DNA from: a virus
Virus genome (UHGV): UHGV-1353844
Reading direction: 5' to 3' (one strand)
DNA: 64,000 nucleotides
Positions 8,904 to 18,700 of the stretch are shown in pieces. The stretch's first letter is position 1. The number at the start of each line of letters is the position of its first letter. The translations under genes were made by a program, and so were the position numbers. The notes beneath the pieces are model-generated. The model had not been told where the DNA came from. It saw nothing but the letters and a program-made list of their open reading frames with translations, and did not search any database.

Positions 8904-9275
8904 TTAAATAACTGTGTTGGGGAATGCTTTAATCTGCGTATAGCTATCTCCGATACCTCTTATCATCTCCAGACGTTCTTCTGTAGAAAGGCTTTGGTTA
9001 ATGTCTTTGTCAAGATTGAACAGTGTCAAGAGTTTTGCAATTGCAACCGTCAGGTTGTCGGACAGCTGGTTGTTTTTACGCCATTCTTCGTTACGGAAAA
9101 TAGAGATAAGGTCTTTCACCTGGCCTTCAGCGTGTGGTTTGGCTAACTGCGCGTCACGCTGTTCGATAAGGTATGCTTCGTTGGCAAGTAAACGTTTCAG
9201 GTCTTCTGGGTTAGTGGCAGCGCGAGTAACGATCAGTAATACAACAAACGGGTCTTTGAACAATTCGCTTTTCAT
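8904..9275 (-). CDS. hypothetical protein
   Basis: 123 aa; preceded (in coding orientation) by terminator, conserved AT-rich motif, hairpin and AGGAG SD. Confidence 0.45.
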   Translation of the reverse strand: MKSELFKDPFVVLLIVTRAATNPEDLKRLLANEAYLIEQRDAQLAKPHAEGQVKDLISIFRNEEWRKNNQLSDNLTVAIAKLLTLFNLDKDINQSLSTEERLEMIRGIGDSYTQIKAFPNTVI

Positions 9276-9305
9276 CGTTAATACTCCTAAAATGGTTTTA
9301 GTTAA

Positions 9306-9347
9306 GTGAGAGCTTTTGTACTCTCACCTAAGTAATATATATCTGAG
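9306..9347. promoter_or_regulatory. conserved AT-rich motif (CTAAGTAATATATATCTGAG) with adjacent 7-bp-stem hairpin; promoter-like
   Basis: One of five copies; sits between a terminator and the SD of the gene starting at 9275. Confidence 0.45.
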
Positions 9348-9365
9348 ATTATTTTTAATGTTAGA

Positions 9366-9397
9366 GAACAAAAAAAAGGTGGGGTTTACACCCCACC
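9366..9397 (-). terminator. rho-independent terminator (minus strand)
   Basis: GGTGGGGT-TTAC-ACCCCACC hairpin followed on minus strand by T8. Confidence 0.65.
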
Positions 9398-9401
9398 GTT
9401 G

Positions 9402-9980
9402 TTAAACGTCGAATCGATACTGACGAGAATTGATTAAGAATTCTGTATTCAGTTCGATCCATTCGAGCAGGTCACCCAATTGTAAACGGCTTGGGTTTTC
9501 TATCTCGATAGTGGCAACCGGATAAGAGTTTACTAATTCCGTAATTGCCTCGATACCTTCTTGCGTTCCATCGTCTTCTAAGGTAATTATAAACGGCATA
9601 TCGGTACGCTCTGCGTTCGGGTTATACAGACTGACTTTCGTTGCCTGTACAAACGCCGAGTAATCGTCACGTATGATCCTAACGTCAGGCGATAACGTTA
9701 CCCAGAGGTGTTGTCCCGGTTGGAGTTTACGTTTTGCGTAGTTTAAGAACGGATTAGCCGGTAAGTTTTCCAAACCACTGCAAATGTTCCGTAAATGAAT
9801 TCCTCGCGGATCTTTATAGTCCACAGTGAAAATTCCTACCGGCTCACGGTCTGCCTGTTTTACCAGAAAGGCCAATACCGTGTCCGCTCTCTCTGGTAAG
9901 GAAAGCTCTATTCCCTCAAGCTCCCCATCGACGAGGTTTTCCAACCAAACGTCTTTTCTCATTTCTATTAATCGGTACAC
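9402..9980 (-). CDS. hypothetical protein
   Basis: 192-aa ORF followed by strong hairpin+T8 terminator. Confidence 0.45.
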   Translation of the reverse strand: MYRLIEMRKDVWLENLVDGELEGIELSLPERADTVLAFLVKQADREPVGIFTVDYKDPRGIHLRNICSGLENLPANPFLNYAKRKLQPGQHLWVTLSPDVRIIRDDYSAFVQATKVSLYNPNAERTDMPFIITLEDDGTQEGIEAITELVNSYPVATIEIENPSRLQLGDLLEWIELNTEFLINSRQYRFDV

Positions 9981-9992
9981 GGTACCACCTCT

Positions 9993-10766
9993 TTAGTTAT
10001 TGAGATTTACATCTGCGATAAACAGCAATTGTTTGCCGTGCTGCTGTACTTCTTTCCAACCTAACTTCATAGCAGTATCAACAACATCAACCATGCTGTA
10101 ACGGGACATCAAAGATTCTGATTTTGTTCCTGACATTAAGTAAAGTGGCTCATTAGGGCTACGGTCACGTGCGTCAGGAAGTTCACGTACGACTGCCGAG
10201 CCTTCGGGTGCGGTAACAACATGAATCACGGTAAATGGCCTCTTGTGCGTTAAATAGATACGAAATCCAACGTGTTCAGATTCATGAAAGATTTTCTTCA
10301 CAATCACATCTTTCAGTGTTGTTTGAACATCAGCCCCAGGCGATATCATAGACTTGCTGGAAACGAAGCAACGACTATTTTCAATCGTGGAGAAATAATT
10401 ACGTATCGGCAAACTGGCGTTATGATCGCGCAGTTTTTTGCTCAGTAGATCGAAGTTCAGTTCTTTAACTTTTTCTAACCACTCTTTGGCCTGTTGAATG
10501 TAATAACTACCAACAGCGCGATAAGTTAATACTTTACCTGTGCTCACTTTCCAAAGCTTGATGGTTAGTGAGTTTGGCTTATAGCGACGATACTCACCCC
10601 GCGTATGGTTGATGCGCTCGTAGCGCTCTACATCGTTAATCGGTGCAGATTCGACCGATTGTAATTGCAACGTTCGATCTAGTCTATCGGCAAATAGTAG
10701 CGACGTTAGCGGGCCTTCGATCATATACGGTTCGGTTTTAAAGATATCGTCTAAATGGACTTTCAT
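9993..10766 (-). CDS. hypothetical protein, paralog family with conserved C-terminal module
   Basis: C-terminus ...GWKEVQQHGKQLLFIADVNLNN shared with two adjacent genes. Confidence 0.5.
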   Translation of the reverse strand: MKVHLDDIFKTEPYMIEGPLTSLLFADRLDRTLQLQSVESAPINDVERYERINHTRGEYRRYKPNSLTIKLWKVSTGKVLTYRAVGSYYIQQAKEWLEKVKELNFDLLSKKLRDHNASLPIRNYFSTIENSRCFVSSKSMISPGADVQTTLKDVIVKKIFHESEHVGFRIYLTHKRPFTVIHVVTAPEGSAVVRELPDARDRSPNEPLYLMSGTKSESLMSRYSMVDVVDTAMKLGWKEVQQHGKQLLFIADVNLNN

Positions 10767-10833
10767 TTCTATTTCCTTCTTAACAAAAGCCGCGACTAAA
10801 GCGCGGCAGTTAGAGAAAGTGTATTTTCACTTA

Positions 10834-11985
10834 TTAAAGGTCAGCAACAAACAGCAGCTGACTGCCGTACGGTTCGACAGATTTCCAACCGTAATCTTTA
10901 CCGATCGTCGTTAAATGGCCGGTATTTAACTTTTTGTCAACCATCCGCAGACGCATCATTAGCGTATTGGATTCTGCCGCATCGAGTAACAACGCAGGTT
11001 CTTTTTCAGTGCGGTCATCCGCTTTCGGGAAGAAACTGTAATATTGACTTTTGGGCAGATCGATTGACAACGTATAATTTTTCTTTGTAACGAATAACGC
11101 CATCCCTTCGAAATTGCAATCGAAACGATATTCCCAACCCGCTTCTGCTAAAACGTCTTTTAGCATTTCCATGACTTTAAGCTGGTTAACGCTGGGCAGT
11201 CGGTAGATTGCAAGACCACTTGGGAAAATGCGTATACCGTCGACGACACTATCGGTGGTCTCGTCAATAAGTTCAGGATAGCGTTGTGAGAAAATGTGTT
11301 CGCTCTTGCTTTTCTCTTCGACGTCACGAATGAATTGGGCTAATTCGTCTCTTAAGGCAGACATTTGATTTTCTCCTTTGTCTTCAATAATCAGGTGGGG
11401 TTCGCCGCTAATTAAAATGTGGTAAACGAGATCGTCGGTAGAACGGTAAGTGAGCTTGATAGCTTTATCACTTAACATTTCGTAGCGGAAGAAACTTTCG
11501 TACCAGGTCGAGCCGAAATCGTTTCGTGTGAGTTCCTGCTCAACTTTGATGGTTTTTGCTTCAAAACCAATTAACCCACTTAATAACGCGAGTTCTGGTT
11601 TAGTTAAAATAGCTGCACCGTGAAAGGACACTTGCTCAAGCTGAAAACATAAACTACTGACTTTACCGCTTGGGAAGACCTTAAACATAATCTTCCGGCC
11701 GCTACTCTTTTCTCTAACAACGAGTTTACGGTAATTTAGTCCAGAATTTGTGTAAACCTCGAACTGGTAACCTTCAATTTCTTCATCGTAAGTACAGACA
11801 TCGACAGGCGCGATAATCTCATCGTATTCACTCAGTACACAGCAGCCCAAGTTATAACCAAACAACTCGCGTTGTAATGAAGACTCGATGGTTAAGCTTG
11901 GCAGAGGCCAAGTCTGATTATAGCATCTGTCCATCAGTTCTTTTAGGATCTTGACATGTCCTGGTTTAGAAATAATATTTCGCAT
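10834..11985 (-). CDS. hypothetical protein, paralog family with conserved C-terminal module
   Basis: C-terminus ...GWKSVEPYGSQLLFVADL. Confidence 0.5.
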   Translation of the reverse strand: MRNIISKPGHVKILKELMDRCYNQTWPLPSLTIESSLQRELFGYNLGCCVLSEYDEIIAPVDVCTYDEEIEGYQFEVYTNSGLNYRKLVVREKSSGRKIMFKVFPSGKVSSLCFQLEQVSFHGAAILTKPELALLSGLIGFEAKTIKVEQELTRNDFGSTWYESFFRYEMLSDKAIKLTYRSTDDLVYHILISGEPHLIIEDKGENQMSALRDELAQFIRDVEEKSKSEHIFSQRYPELIDETTDSVVDGIRIFPSGLAIYRLPSVNQLKVMEMLKDVLAEAGWEYRFDCNFEGMALFVTKKNYTLSIDLPKSQYYSFFPKADDRTEKEPALLLDAAESNTLMMRLRMVDKKLNTGHLTTIGKDYGWKSVEPYGSQLLFVADL

Positions 11986-12014
11986 TTTTACTCTCCTTTA
12001 GGGTTGTTCGTTAC

Positions 12015-12572
12015 TTAAACGTTATAAGCTAAGAACAACAGTTGCTGACCGAGTTTGCGCACTGTATGCCAACCGTGTGCTTTTGCTGTCCCTACCAATG
12101 TTTCCCAGTCATCAATATCACAACCGTCCTTTTTCAGTTCTGTAAGTAGTGCCTCTGCTTCTTTATCTGTTAGTAGTATTCCTGGGTTACTTAACGTACA
12201 CGTAAGTGGGTTAGGGAAATATGCGTAGCGTCTTGCGAAAGTAAAGTTCACGAGATAACGTGCATCTCCTCTGTCTAGAAGGGTAATAACATTGCCACCG
12301 TAGAACGCACTCGTTACTTTCCATCCGGTACCGGAAAACAGATGACGGAATATTTCGGTAAAACTATCTCCGACACTATGATAATTAAGTCGTGAGAAAC
12401 GGCGTTCCCAAACCACAGCATCTCCATCAAATTCTTCAACTTGAAGACCGGTAATCATTGTACCTGGCCGGATAACGTTAGACTGTATAACGCAAGGATA
12501 ATCAAGTTGGTGTTTACCTGCACCCAGCTTAACAAACTCAATAGCTTGTTGTTTCATTTCGATAGTAATCAT
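12015..12572 (-). CDS. hypothetical protein, paralog family with conserved C-terminal module
   Basis: C-terminus ...GWHTVRKLGQQLLFLAYNV; leader CCATTTTAGGAG shared with genes at 9275 and 45066. Confidence 0.5.
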   Translation of the reverse strand: MITIEMKQQAIEFVKLGAGKHQLDYPCVIQSNVIRPGTMITGLQVEEFDGDAVVWERRFSRLNYHSVGDSFTEIFRHLFSGTGWKVTSAFYGGNVITLLDRGDARYLVNFTFARRYAYFPNPLTCTLSNPGILLTDKEAEALLTELKKDGCDIDDWETLVGTAKAHGWHTVRKLGQQLLFLAYNV

Positions 12573-12631
12573 GATATATTCTCCTAAAATGGAATAAGGG
12601 AGTCACTACGTTCCTCTGGGAAGAGTATGTC

Positions 12632-12690
12632 GGTATACTACGTATACCTCCGCTATTTATATCCGTATACATATTGCCCCCTACCCCCTA
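12632..12690. promoter_or_regulatory. operator-like palindrome GGTATAC-TAC-GTATACC plus tandem CCCCCTA repeats in divergent intergenic region
   Basis: 17-bp perfect palindrome at 12632..12648; CGTATAC half-site again at 12664; tandem CCCCCTA x2 at 12677..12690. Confidence 0.35.
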
Positions 12691-12876
12691 CCGGTATCCC
12701 GAGTAGCAGAATAAAGGGACAATCTGTAAATTTTAAGTAATACTATGATTACCGAGGAATAGCCGGGTTGTAGCGTTTGAACAGTACGATGACTTCGTCC
12801 AATCCGCTTTTCTTCTCAGTAGACATTGGTCTGTCTCCTAATCACATGGTAACTCCGTTTCGAAAGAAACGTGCCC

Positions 12877-12931
12877 ATAGGGGCTGAAGTGCGAGTTCAG
12901 CCCCTATTCACTTAAGTAAAATATATCTGAA
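12877..12931. promoter_or_regulatory. conserved AT-rich motif (CTTAAGTAAAATATATCTGAA) with adjacent 12-bp-stem hairpin; promoter-like
   Basis: Hairpin ATAGGGGCTGAA-GTGCGAG-TTCAGCCCCTAT at 12877..12907; motif at 12911..12931, ~27 nt upstream of ATG at 12959. Confidence 0.4.
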
Positions 12932-12958
12932 TTCATTTCCGATCTAAGGAACGACCTA

Positions 12959-13924
12959 ATGGAGAAATCCAGCGTTGACTTTTTCTCGATTGGTATCGTC
13001 GCGGAAGACAAACCCCGTGGTACAGATCGGGTAAAAGTGATACCAATTGAAACCAACTTTGCGAACCCTACCGTTGTACAATCAGTTTCCTCAACCGCTG
13101 AAAAGGTACACGATACTGGGGGTGCTATCGACAACCTAACGATTAAAACCGGTAACACGATTACTGCAAAGTGGTGGAAATTTAATTCCAACCGAATTAA
13201 TTCCCCAGACGTTAAGCGAGAAGATTACGTTATCTTGCTACGTCTAGGGCAAACTGATATTTATTTTTGGATTGATTTGAATTTCGCTAACGTTAAGCGA
13301 TTAGAGGATGCGGTTTACGCGTGGTCGGCTGACCCGGAAAACCAGATGGCGGATGACTTGTCGAACGCGTATGTGTTAAACGTCTCAACGATTGACAAAC
13401 ACGTTACCCTAAGAACAAGTATGGTGAATGGGGAGAAAGCGGCGTGGTTATTCCAATTCGATAACGCTAACGGGTCGTGGCAGTGCGTTGACCATAAAGG
13501 GAATAAGTATTACATTAACTCGGTGGAAGACGATTTAGGTTTTGAGAACGCGATGCTCTCGAAAGTGAACATCAACAAAGAAGATGCGTTCATTTACGCA
13601 AAACGTTCGATTAACCTGGAAACGAAAACGATTAATGAGAAATGCGAAGTTCGGAATACCGAAGCGTCGAAATCGGTTACCTTTAAAACAGAAACCTGGC
13701 TAACTGAAGCTTCTGGTTCAACAACGTATAAAACGCCGAACTTTAAGCAAGAAGGTAACGAAGCGATGTTCACCGGTAATTTGGAAGTTGCTAAGAACTT
13801 CAAATACGGTGGTACGGGCGAAGGCGTGGGTATCTTTACGGTTAAGGATGCGGTGATTTCCGGTATTACCTTCAGCGTACACATCCACGACGGCGTCCAT
13901 GGCCCAACTTCAGGCCCACGCTGA
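12959..13924 (+). CDS. hypothetical protein, possibly virion-associated (C-terminal H-x-H motif)
   Basis: 321 aa; AAGGA SD; first gene of plus-strand structural-like block; C-terminus ...SVHIHDGVHGPTSGPR. Confidence 0.45.
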   Translation: MEKSSVDFFSIGIVAEDKPRGTDRVKVIPIETNFANPTVVQSVSSTAEKVHDTGGAIDNLTIKTGNTITAKWWKFNSNRINSPDVKREDYVILLRLGQTDIYFWIDLNFANVKRLEDAVYAWSADPENQMADDLSNAYVLNVSTIDKHVTLRTSMVNGEKAAWLFQFDNANGSWQCVDHKGNKYYINSVEDDLGFENAMLSKVNINKEDAFIYAKRSINLETKTINEKCEVRNTEASKSVTFKTETWLTEASGSTTYKTPNFKQEGNEAMFTGNLEVAKNFKYGGTGEGVGIFTVKDAVISGITFSVHIHDGVHGPTSGPR

Positions 13925-13944
13925 TTTCCCCTTTTTCTTACGCT

Positions 13945-13961
13945 GGTATTATATATTGTGA
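13945..13961. promoter_or_regulatory. weaker variant of the conserved AT-rich motif (GGTATTATATATTGTGA)
   Basis: Upstream of the DUF1471 gene; partial match to motif. Confidence 0.25.
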
Positions 13962-14042
13962 CCTGACGTTGGTAAGCTTCTTATCAACACTTTTCTTAAA
14001 CCTCATCGTTTAGTTAAGCAGGCCACTTTTTTCGCGCACTCA

Positions 14043-14080
14043 CTCCTCCCTTCGGGGAGGAGCTATCTTATGCTTTGGTT
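14043..14080 (+). terminator. terminator-like hairpin after 12959..13924
   Basis: CTCCTCCC-TTCG-GGGAGGAG followed by moderately T-rich tail. Confidence 0.4.
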
Positions 14081-14123
14081 GTAACACGATACAGTCCTTC
14101 CTTTCTTTAACTGGAGAGTAGCT

Positions 14124-14333
14124 ATGGCTATTAAAGAATTCTCTTCTGCTGAACACATTCCTGAAGAGTTCAAGAAAATTGGTAACGTAAGCGCTTTCGG
14201 TGATACCGTAGACGACGTTACTGCTAAGCTGGCTGTCGAAGCTGAAAAGATCGGCGGTGAAGCGTTTAAAGTTATCGGTATTTCCGGTAACAACAAACTG
14301 CACGGTAACGCGATTGTCTACAAAAAAGACTAA
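14124..14333 (+). CDS. DUF1471 (YdgH/BhsA/YjfY-like) domain protein, no signal peptide
   Basis: 69 aa; resembles the enterobacterial BhsA/McbA small-protein family (…AKLAVEAEKIGGEAFKVIGISGNNKLHGNAIVYKK); own SD; flanked by hairpin terminators. Confidence 0.5.
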   Translation: MAIKEFSSAEHIPEEFKKIGNVSAFGDTVDDVTAKLAVEAEKIGGEAFKVIGISGNNKLHGNAIVYKKD

Positions 14334-14350
14334 GTGAAAAAAACGTGCTA

Positions 14351-14391
14351 CTCCTACCCTCTTAGAGGGTAGGAGGTTACTTATTTTTTTC
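14351..14391. terminator. rho-independent terminator (bidirectional-like)
   Basis: CTCCTACCCTC-TTAG-AGGGTAGGAG followed by TTATTTTTTTC; lies between convergent genes. Confidence 0.6.
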
Positions 14392-15643
14392 TTGCACGGA
14401 AACGATGCATTTCCAAATAGACTTTTTCCCAGGGACCGAAAGGTCCTACGATTGCCTGTGCATCGTTAATTTTCTTCTGGTTATACCAACGGGCCTCACG
14501 GAACACGTAGTTTTGACTGTCGAATTCCGTGGTGTTAAATACCCATTCCCCTTCTTCCCACGTCGGCCAATAAGCAACGGTTTTACCGAAGCGGTTTAAC
14601 AGATAGCCCAGCTGTTTTTCCCCATCAGGGTCATTAGGATCTTTAAGGTATAAACGTCCCCAGATAGCGTTGTGAGAAACCCCCACAACTTCTTCTTCCA
14701 GATACGGATTATCCACCGTAAAGATAAACGACGACTCGTGGGTTAAAAGCGCCTTTAATGTTTCTGGGTTGCGGATACGCTGTACGCTGGTCGGGGATGA
14801 CAGATCGCCAACACCGATGCTATCCCAGTCGTAATAACGTCGGGTTTCTAACACAGTACGCGCAACGTCAAAGTTCGGTAACGAGACCATAATGGCTTTG
14901 TCGGAGAAGTACCCAGTAACCGGTAACCAGTGTATCAGACCCCCGATAACAAACCCCACGGTTTTACCCGTAATAGATTCCGGTAAAGAAATCATTAACG
15001 TGGAATAATAGTCACGGGTGGTGTCGAGTTTGTTTAGGGTCAAGTTAGCAATGGGGTACGTTTTAACATTCCCCAATTTACTAAAGACCATGCAGCCGAT
15101 ATCCGGTGTCCCTGCACGACGTACTATCTTACCCGCGCCCGGTAAACGTACACCAACTGTATCCGACTGATGTGGTACCCATTGACCGTTGATGTTGTAC
15201 AACACCCCGTTACGGTATTTGTCTTTCCATTTATCTTCGCAAACAATCACAACGTCGTCAGCATCGTCTATACTGAAATCTTGACTGTAATGGTAACCGG
15301 GAGGACACAGGTAGGTTTCTACTGGAACATCGGCATTAATCGATTGGTAGTGTGCCCAATCAAACTCTAACGTCGGTAAACCGTCTTTCAACGCAGAGAT
15401 AACCACACCGGCTTTTTCATTCAGCCAGTCTTGTAACGTATCGGTACGGTTTTGTAAGTCAGCGAGGTGATATTGGCTAATTAACGTATAGTCTTTACCA
15501 AGCGCACTCAGACCGACTTCGAAAATATGGTAATCAGAACACAAGGTTTCTAAGGGTTGCGTGACGTCGATGGCTCCCCAGGTACGGGTCTCTCGAGAGA
15601 AGCCAAAAGCGCTGTCAGGCCGCACTTGATAAGCAGTAGTCAC
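14381..15643 (-). CDS. hypothetical protein
   Basis: Track ORF (to 15859) would overlap the divergent fibre gene by 149 nt; in-frame GTG at 15643 has GAGG ~9 nt upstream, giving a 420-aa product and a 67-nt divergent intergenic region. Confidence 0.4.
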   Translation of the reverse strand: MTTAYQVRPDSAFGFSRETRTWGAIDVTQPLETLCSDYHIFEVGLSALGKDYTLISQYHLADLQNRTDTLQDWLNEKAGVVISALKDGLPTLEFDWAHYQSINADVPVETYLCPPGYHYSQDFSIDDADDVVIVCEDKWKDKYRNGVLYNINGQWVPHQSDTVGVRLPGAGKIVRRAGTPDIGCMVFSKLGNVKTYPIANLTLNKLDTTRDYYSTLMISLPESITGKTVGFVIGGLIHWLPVTGYFSDKAIMVSLPNFDVARTVLETRRYYDWDSIGVGDLSSPTSVQRIRNPETLKALLTHESSFIFTVDNPYLEEEVVGVSHNAIWGRLYLKDPNDPDGEKQLGYLLNRFGKTVAYWPTWEEGEWVFNTTEFDSQNYVFREARWYNQKKINDAQAIVGPFGPWEKVYLEMHRFRARKK

Positions 15644-15710
15644 AGCTCTTTTCCTCAATAGATTCAAGTCATAGTATGAACTCGACGCCCACGGACTATA
15701 GGAGTAGATA

Positions 15711-18700
15711 ATGGCTGTCGTCCTAGACCCACACTTCAAAGAACCGGGGAATAAAATAACCGGTGAAGCGGTCGCCGTCATTGGTACGAAGTACCGAATG
15801 TTGGTACCTGCCCACGCCCCTTTTTTCACCACATCCCTGGTGGTCAAGAGCGGCGGCAAAATACTGACCTTAGGCGACGATTACGTTATTACACACCCGT
15901 ACGAGACCGGTATGTTGCGCACAGCCTATCTCGTGCACGGGATGATTTGGATTGTTAATGACAAATACAAATCGAATTTCACGGTAGATTACCACGCCGT
16001 AGGTTGTGGTGAAGCGACCCAAGAACAGATTACCGCAGAACGCGAACTCAATAAAGATAAATACCCGTCTGCGTGTCAATGGGATACCGTTATCGGCGAA
16101 GTTTACTTTCCACCGGTCGATATTCAGTTCGACTGGGAAAACTGGAAAGGTGAACTGGAATTAATGCAGGCCATTGCAGGCTTAGGTGATTCGTTAGGTA
16201 ACGTGGTGAATCGGGTAGACCCGATTGCACGTAACACGTTAGATATCGAGCATCGTGCTAATGGTACGGTTATCACGTCTGAACAGTACGCAACGTACGA
16301 CAACAAAGGTGGGTATACTTACAATACCGCTAAACGCCGTTTCTCCGTTACGTACAAAACCACCACGTTAAATGAATATTCCCTGTCGATGAAATACCGT
16401 ATTCCGGCTATTTTTCCGAATATGGGGAGTATTAATCCGAACGAACAAATCGATTGGATGTTGTGCTACGCGAACGGTGGCGCAAGTATCCTTCGTCTCC
16501 AATTAAAACAACGTAAAATCAGCCTACGACTGACAGTTGCGTTAGGCAGTGGTTCGACCGATTATGATTATACGTTAATCAACGGTTTGACCGACGATGA
16601 ATTAAAAGGCGAATTAACGTTTAGCGTTGTTCGTCAACCGGGTAACGGTGTATACGTTATCGAGGTGACGACTAACAAACAGTCCATGGACTACACCTTT
16701 AACGTTGACACACCGCCAGACGAATTCTCAGCAGGTTACACCAAAACGGATGTTGCGAAGTGGCTGAAGTACAAAACCAACGTTAACTTAAACTGGTGGG
16801 CGGCTGAGAACGATTATGCTCAATTCCTTGCGTTACCTGGTGCGCCAGAAGCAGACGTAAGTAACGACGTTTATCAGTTAATCGTTAAGTACCATCAGTT
16901 AGTAGAACAGCTCTATCGCAACGCGCCTGCGCACGAACACGTCACCCGTAAGGATAACCCACACGCTGACACCTGGGGTCCGATTCGTGCGTTAGAATTA
17001 AACGGCATTGCATCCGACGCAGCATTAGCCTACGGGAAAACTAAGGAGCAATTAACCGATTACGTAAACGCTAAGTACCCAACGCAGGCAACGTTAACCG
17101 CCCAGAAAAAACTGCTTCGTGAATCAGCGAGCAAGAACGTTAACGGCACGATTACAACGCTCCCCGGCTTTACGTCATTTACTACTGAAGTCGACCCAGT
17201 GTCGATGTCGAAGTACGTGAGTCCTTATTTTAGTGAAAGCTATGTTAGTAGTGGCCACAGATATCACGGTGCGCTTCGTTATACAGGAACGAAAAGCGGT
17301 TTCAGTGCTAACTTTAATGCGGTACCTGCCAACCTGCAAGATATTGACTTTATTGTTACCGGACGTAAAACAGCGTCTGGTAATGAAGCGGTCGGTAGGG
17401 TTGGTTTTCGTTTCTACGAAAATCCCGGTAGTAACTCCGGTAAGTACGTAGAGATTACCGGTGAAGTCTGGTCCGGTACTCTTACTATCGAACTGGCGTT
17501 GCACGGTTACGGTAGTCCTGTACCGGCAGTTCGGTATATTTCGCAAGCTCCTAATCCGGCAATACCGGATGGGGATTTTACGCTACGTTTTCAACTGAAG
17601 CGTACAGGGAATGTGTTTGACGTCGTTATTACCGTAAACAGTAAAACGTATAGCGGTCGGATTAACTTCAATAACATGGACGCTGCGTTAGAAGCATTAG
17701 AGAATCAGCACCACTTTAAATCGCTGATCAATAATGTTGCTGACGGCGTCAATATTAGTTCGCAAAACAAAGGTAACACGGTTACCATTAAGAAAGCACC
17801 TGGCGTTGTTGACGAGAGACGTTTAGGTGCTCAGTTTGTCGTTGATCCGAAATCCATTAAGTTCATCGGTCAAGGTTCTACTGACGTTAACGTGGGTAAC
17901 AACCCGGTAACGTTGCAAGCGGGAGATAACCAGCTTGTGCTATATCCTGATGACCGTGGATTACTGTGGCGCGGTAAGAAACTCTTAGACCCCACTACGG
18001 TAGCGCCGTATTTGCCGGGCAATACCGCAGGCGGTACGGGATTATTCTACGGTGCAACTACAGCTACAGTGGAACTTACGGGTAGCGGGATTAAAGCGTC
18101 GCCGTTTGTCGCAACGTTTATTCTTCCGGTTGCCGAAGACGTTACTACGTTAGCGTGTTGGCAGTTAACGGACGAATTCGGTACGGCTGAAAACCTCGCA
18201 GCAACCCCTGCGTTAATTGAAAAACTGGACGCAGAGTTTACCGGTAAGTTAGTTGCCGCCAAGTCGTACATCAACGACATGCAGCTTACCAGTTCGGTTA
18301 CTATCGACAAAATTACCTTTGGTTTAGGTAACGTTGCGAATACCCCGGACGTTGACTTACCGATTTCTGTTGCACAGCAGACCGAGCTGGACAAATACTC
18401 ACCGAAGGTTCACCAACACCCGTCTTCCGTATTCGGTGTTGCGAACGCAGACACCACGAAACGGGGCCTGATTAAATTCGGTCTGGAAGTGGATGATGCC
18501 ACTTTAGCGCTCGACGGTAGTGTGGTGATGGCGCAGACTTCCCAGATTGAAGATTTGGAGAATACCGTCGGCGGGGTTGACTCGGGTGCGCGCGTTGACA
18601 TTATTCGCTTTGGTAAGTCCGGTAACGACCTAATTGACGTTACGGTTAAAGACAAAATCCTAGTGACACTTCCTGCTTCCACGTATTTCGTTGGCGGCGA

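Noticed and set aside
12760-12834. Tiny minus-strand ORF (25 aa, MSTEKKSGLDEVIVLFKRYNPAIPR) in the divergent intergenic region
   Set aside because: Very short, no clear SD; could be a leader peptide but evidence insufficient.
12573-12958. tRNA or other structured RNA gene in long intergenic regions (also 13925..14123, 48587..48960)
   Set aside because: No cloverleaf-compatible arrangement found by eye; hairpins are simple stem-loops better explained as terminators/leader structures. A tRNA scan should still be run.
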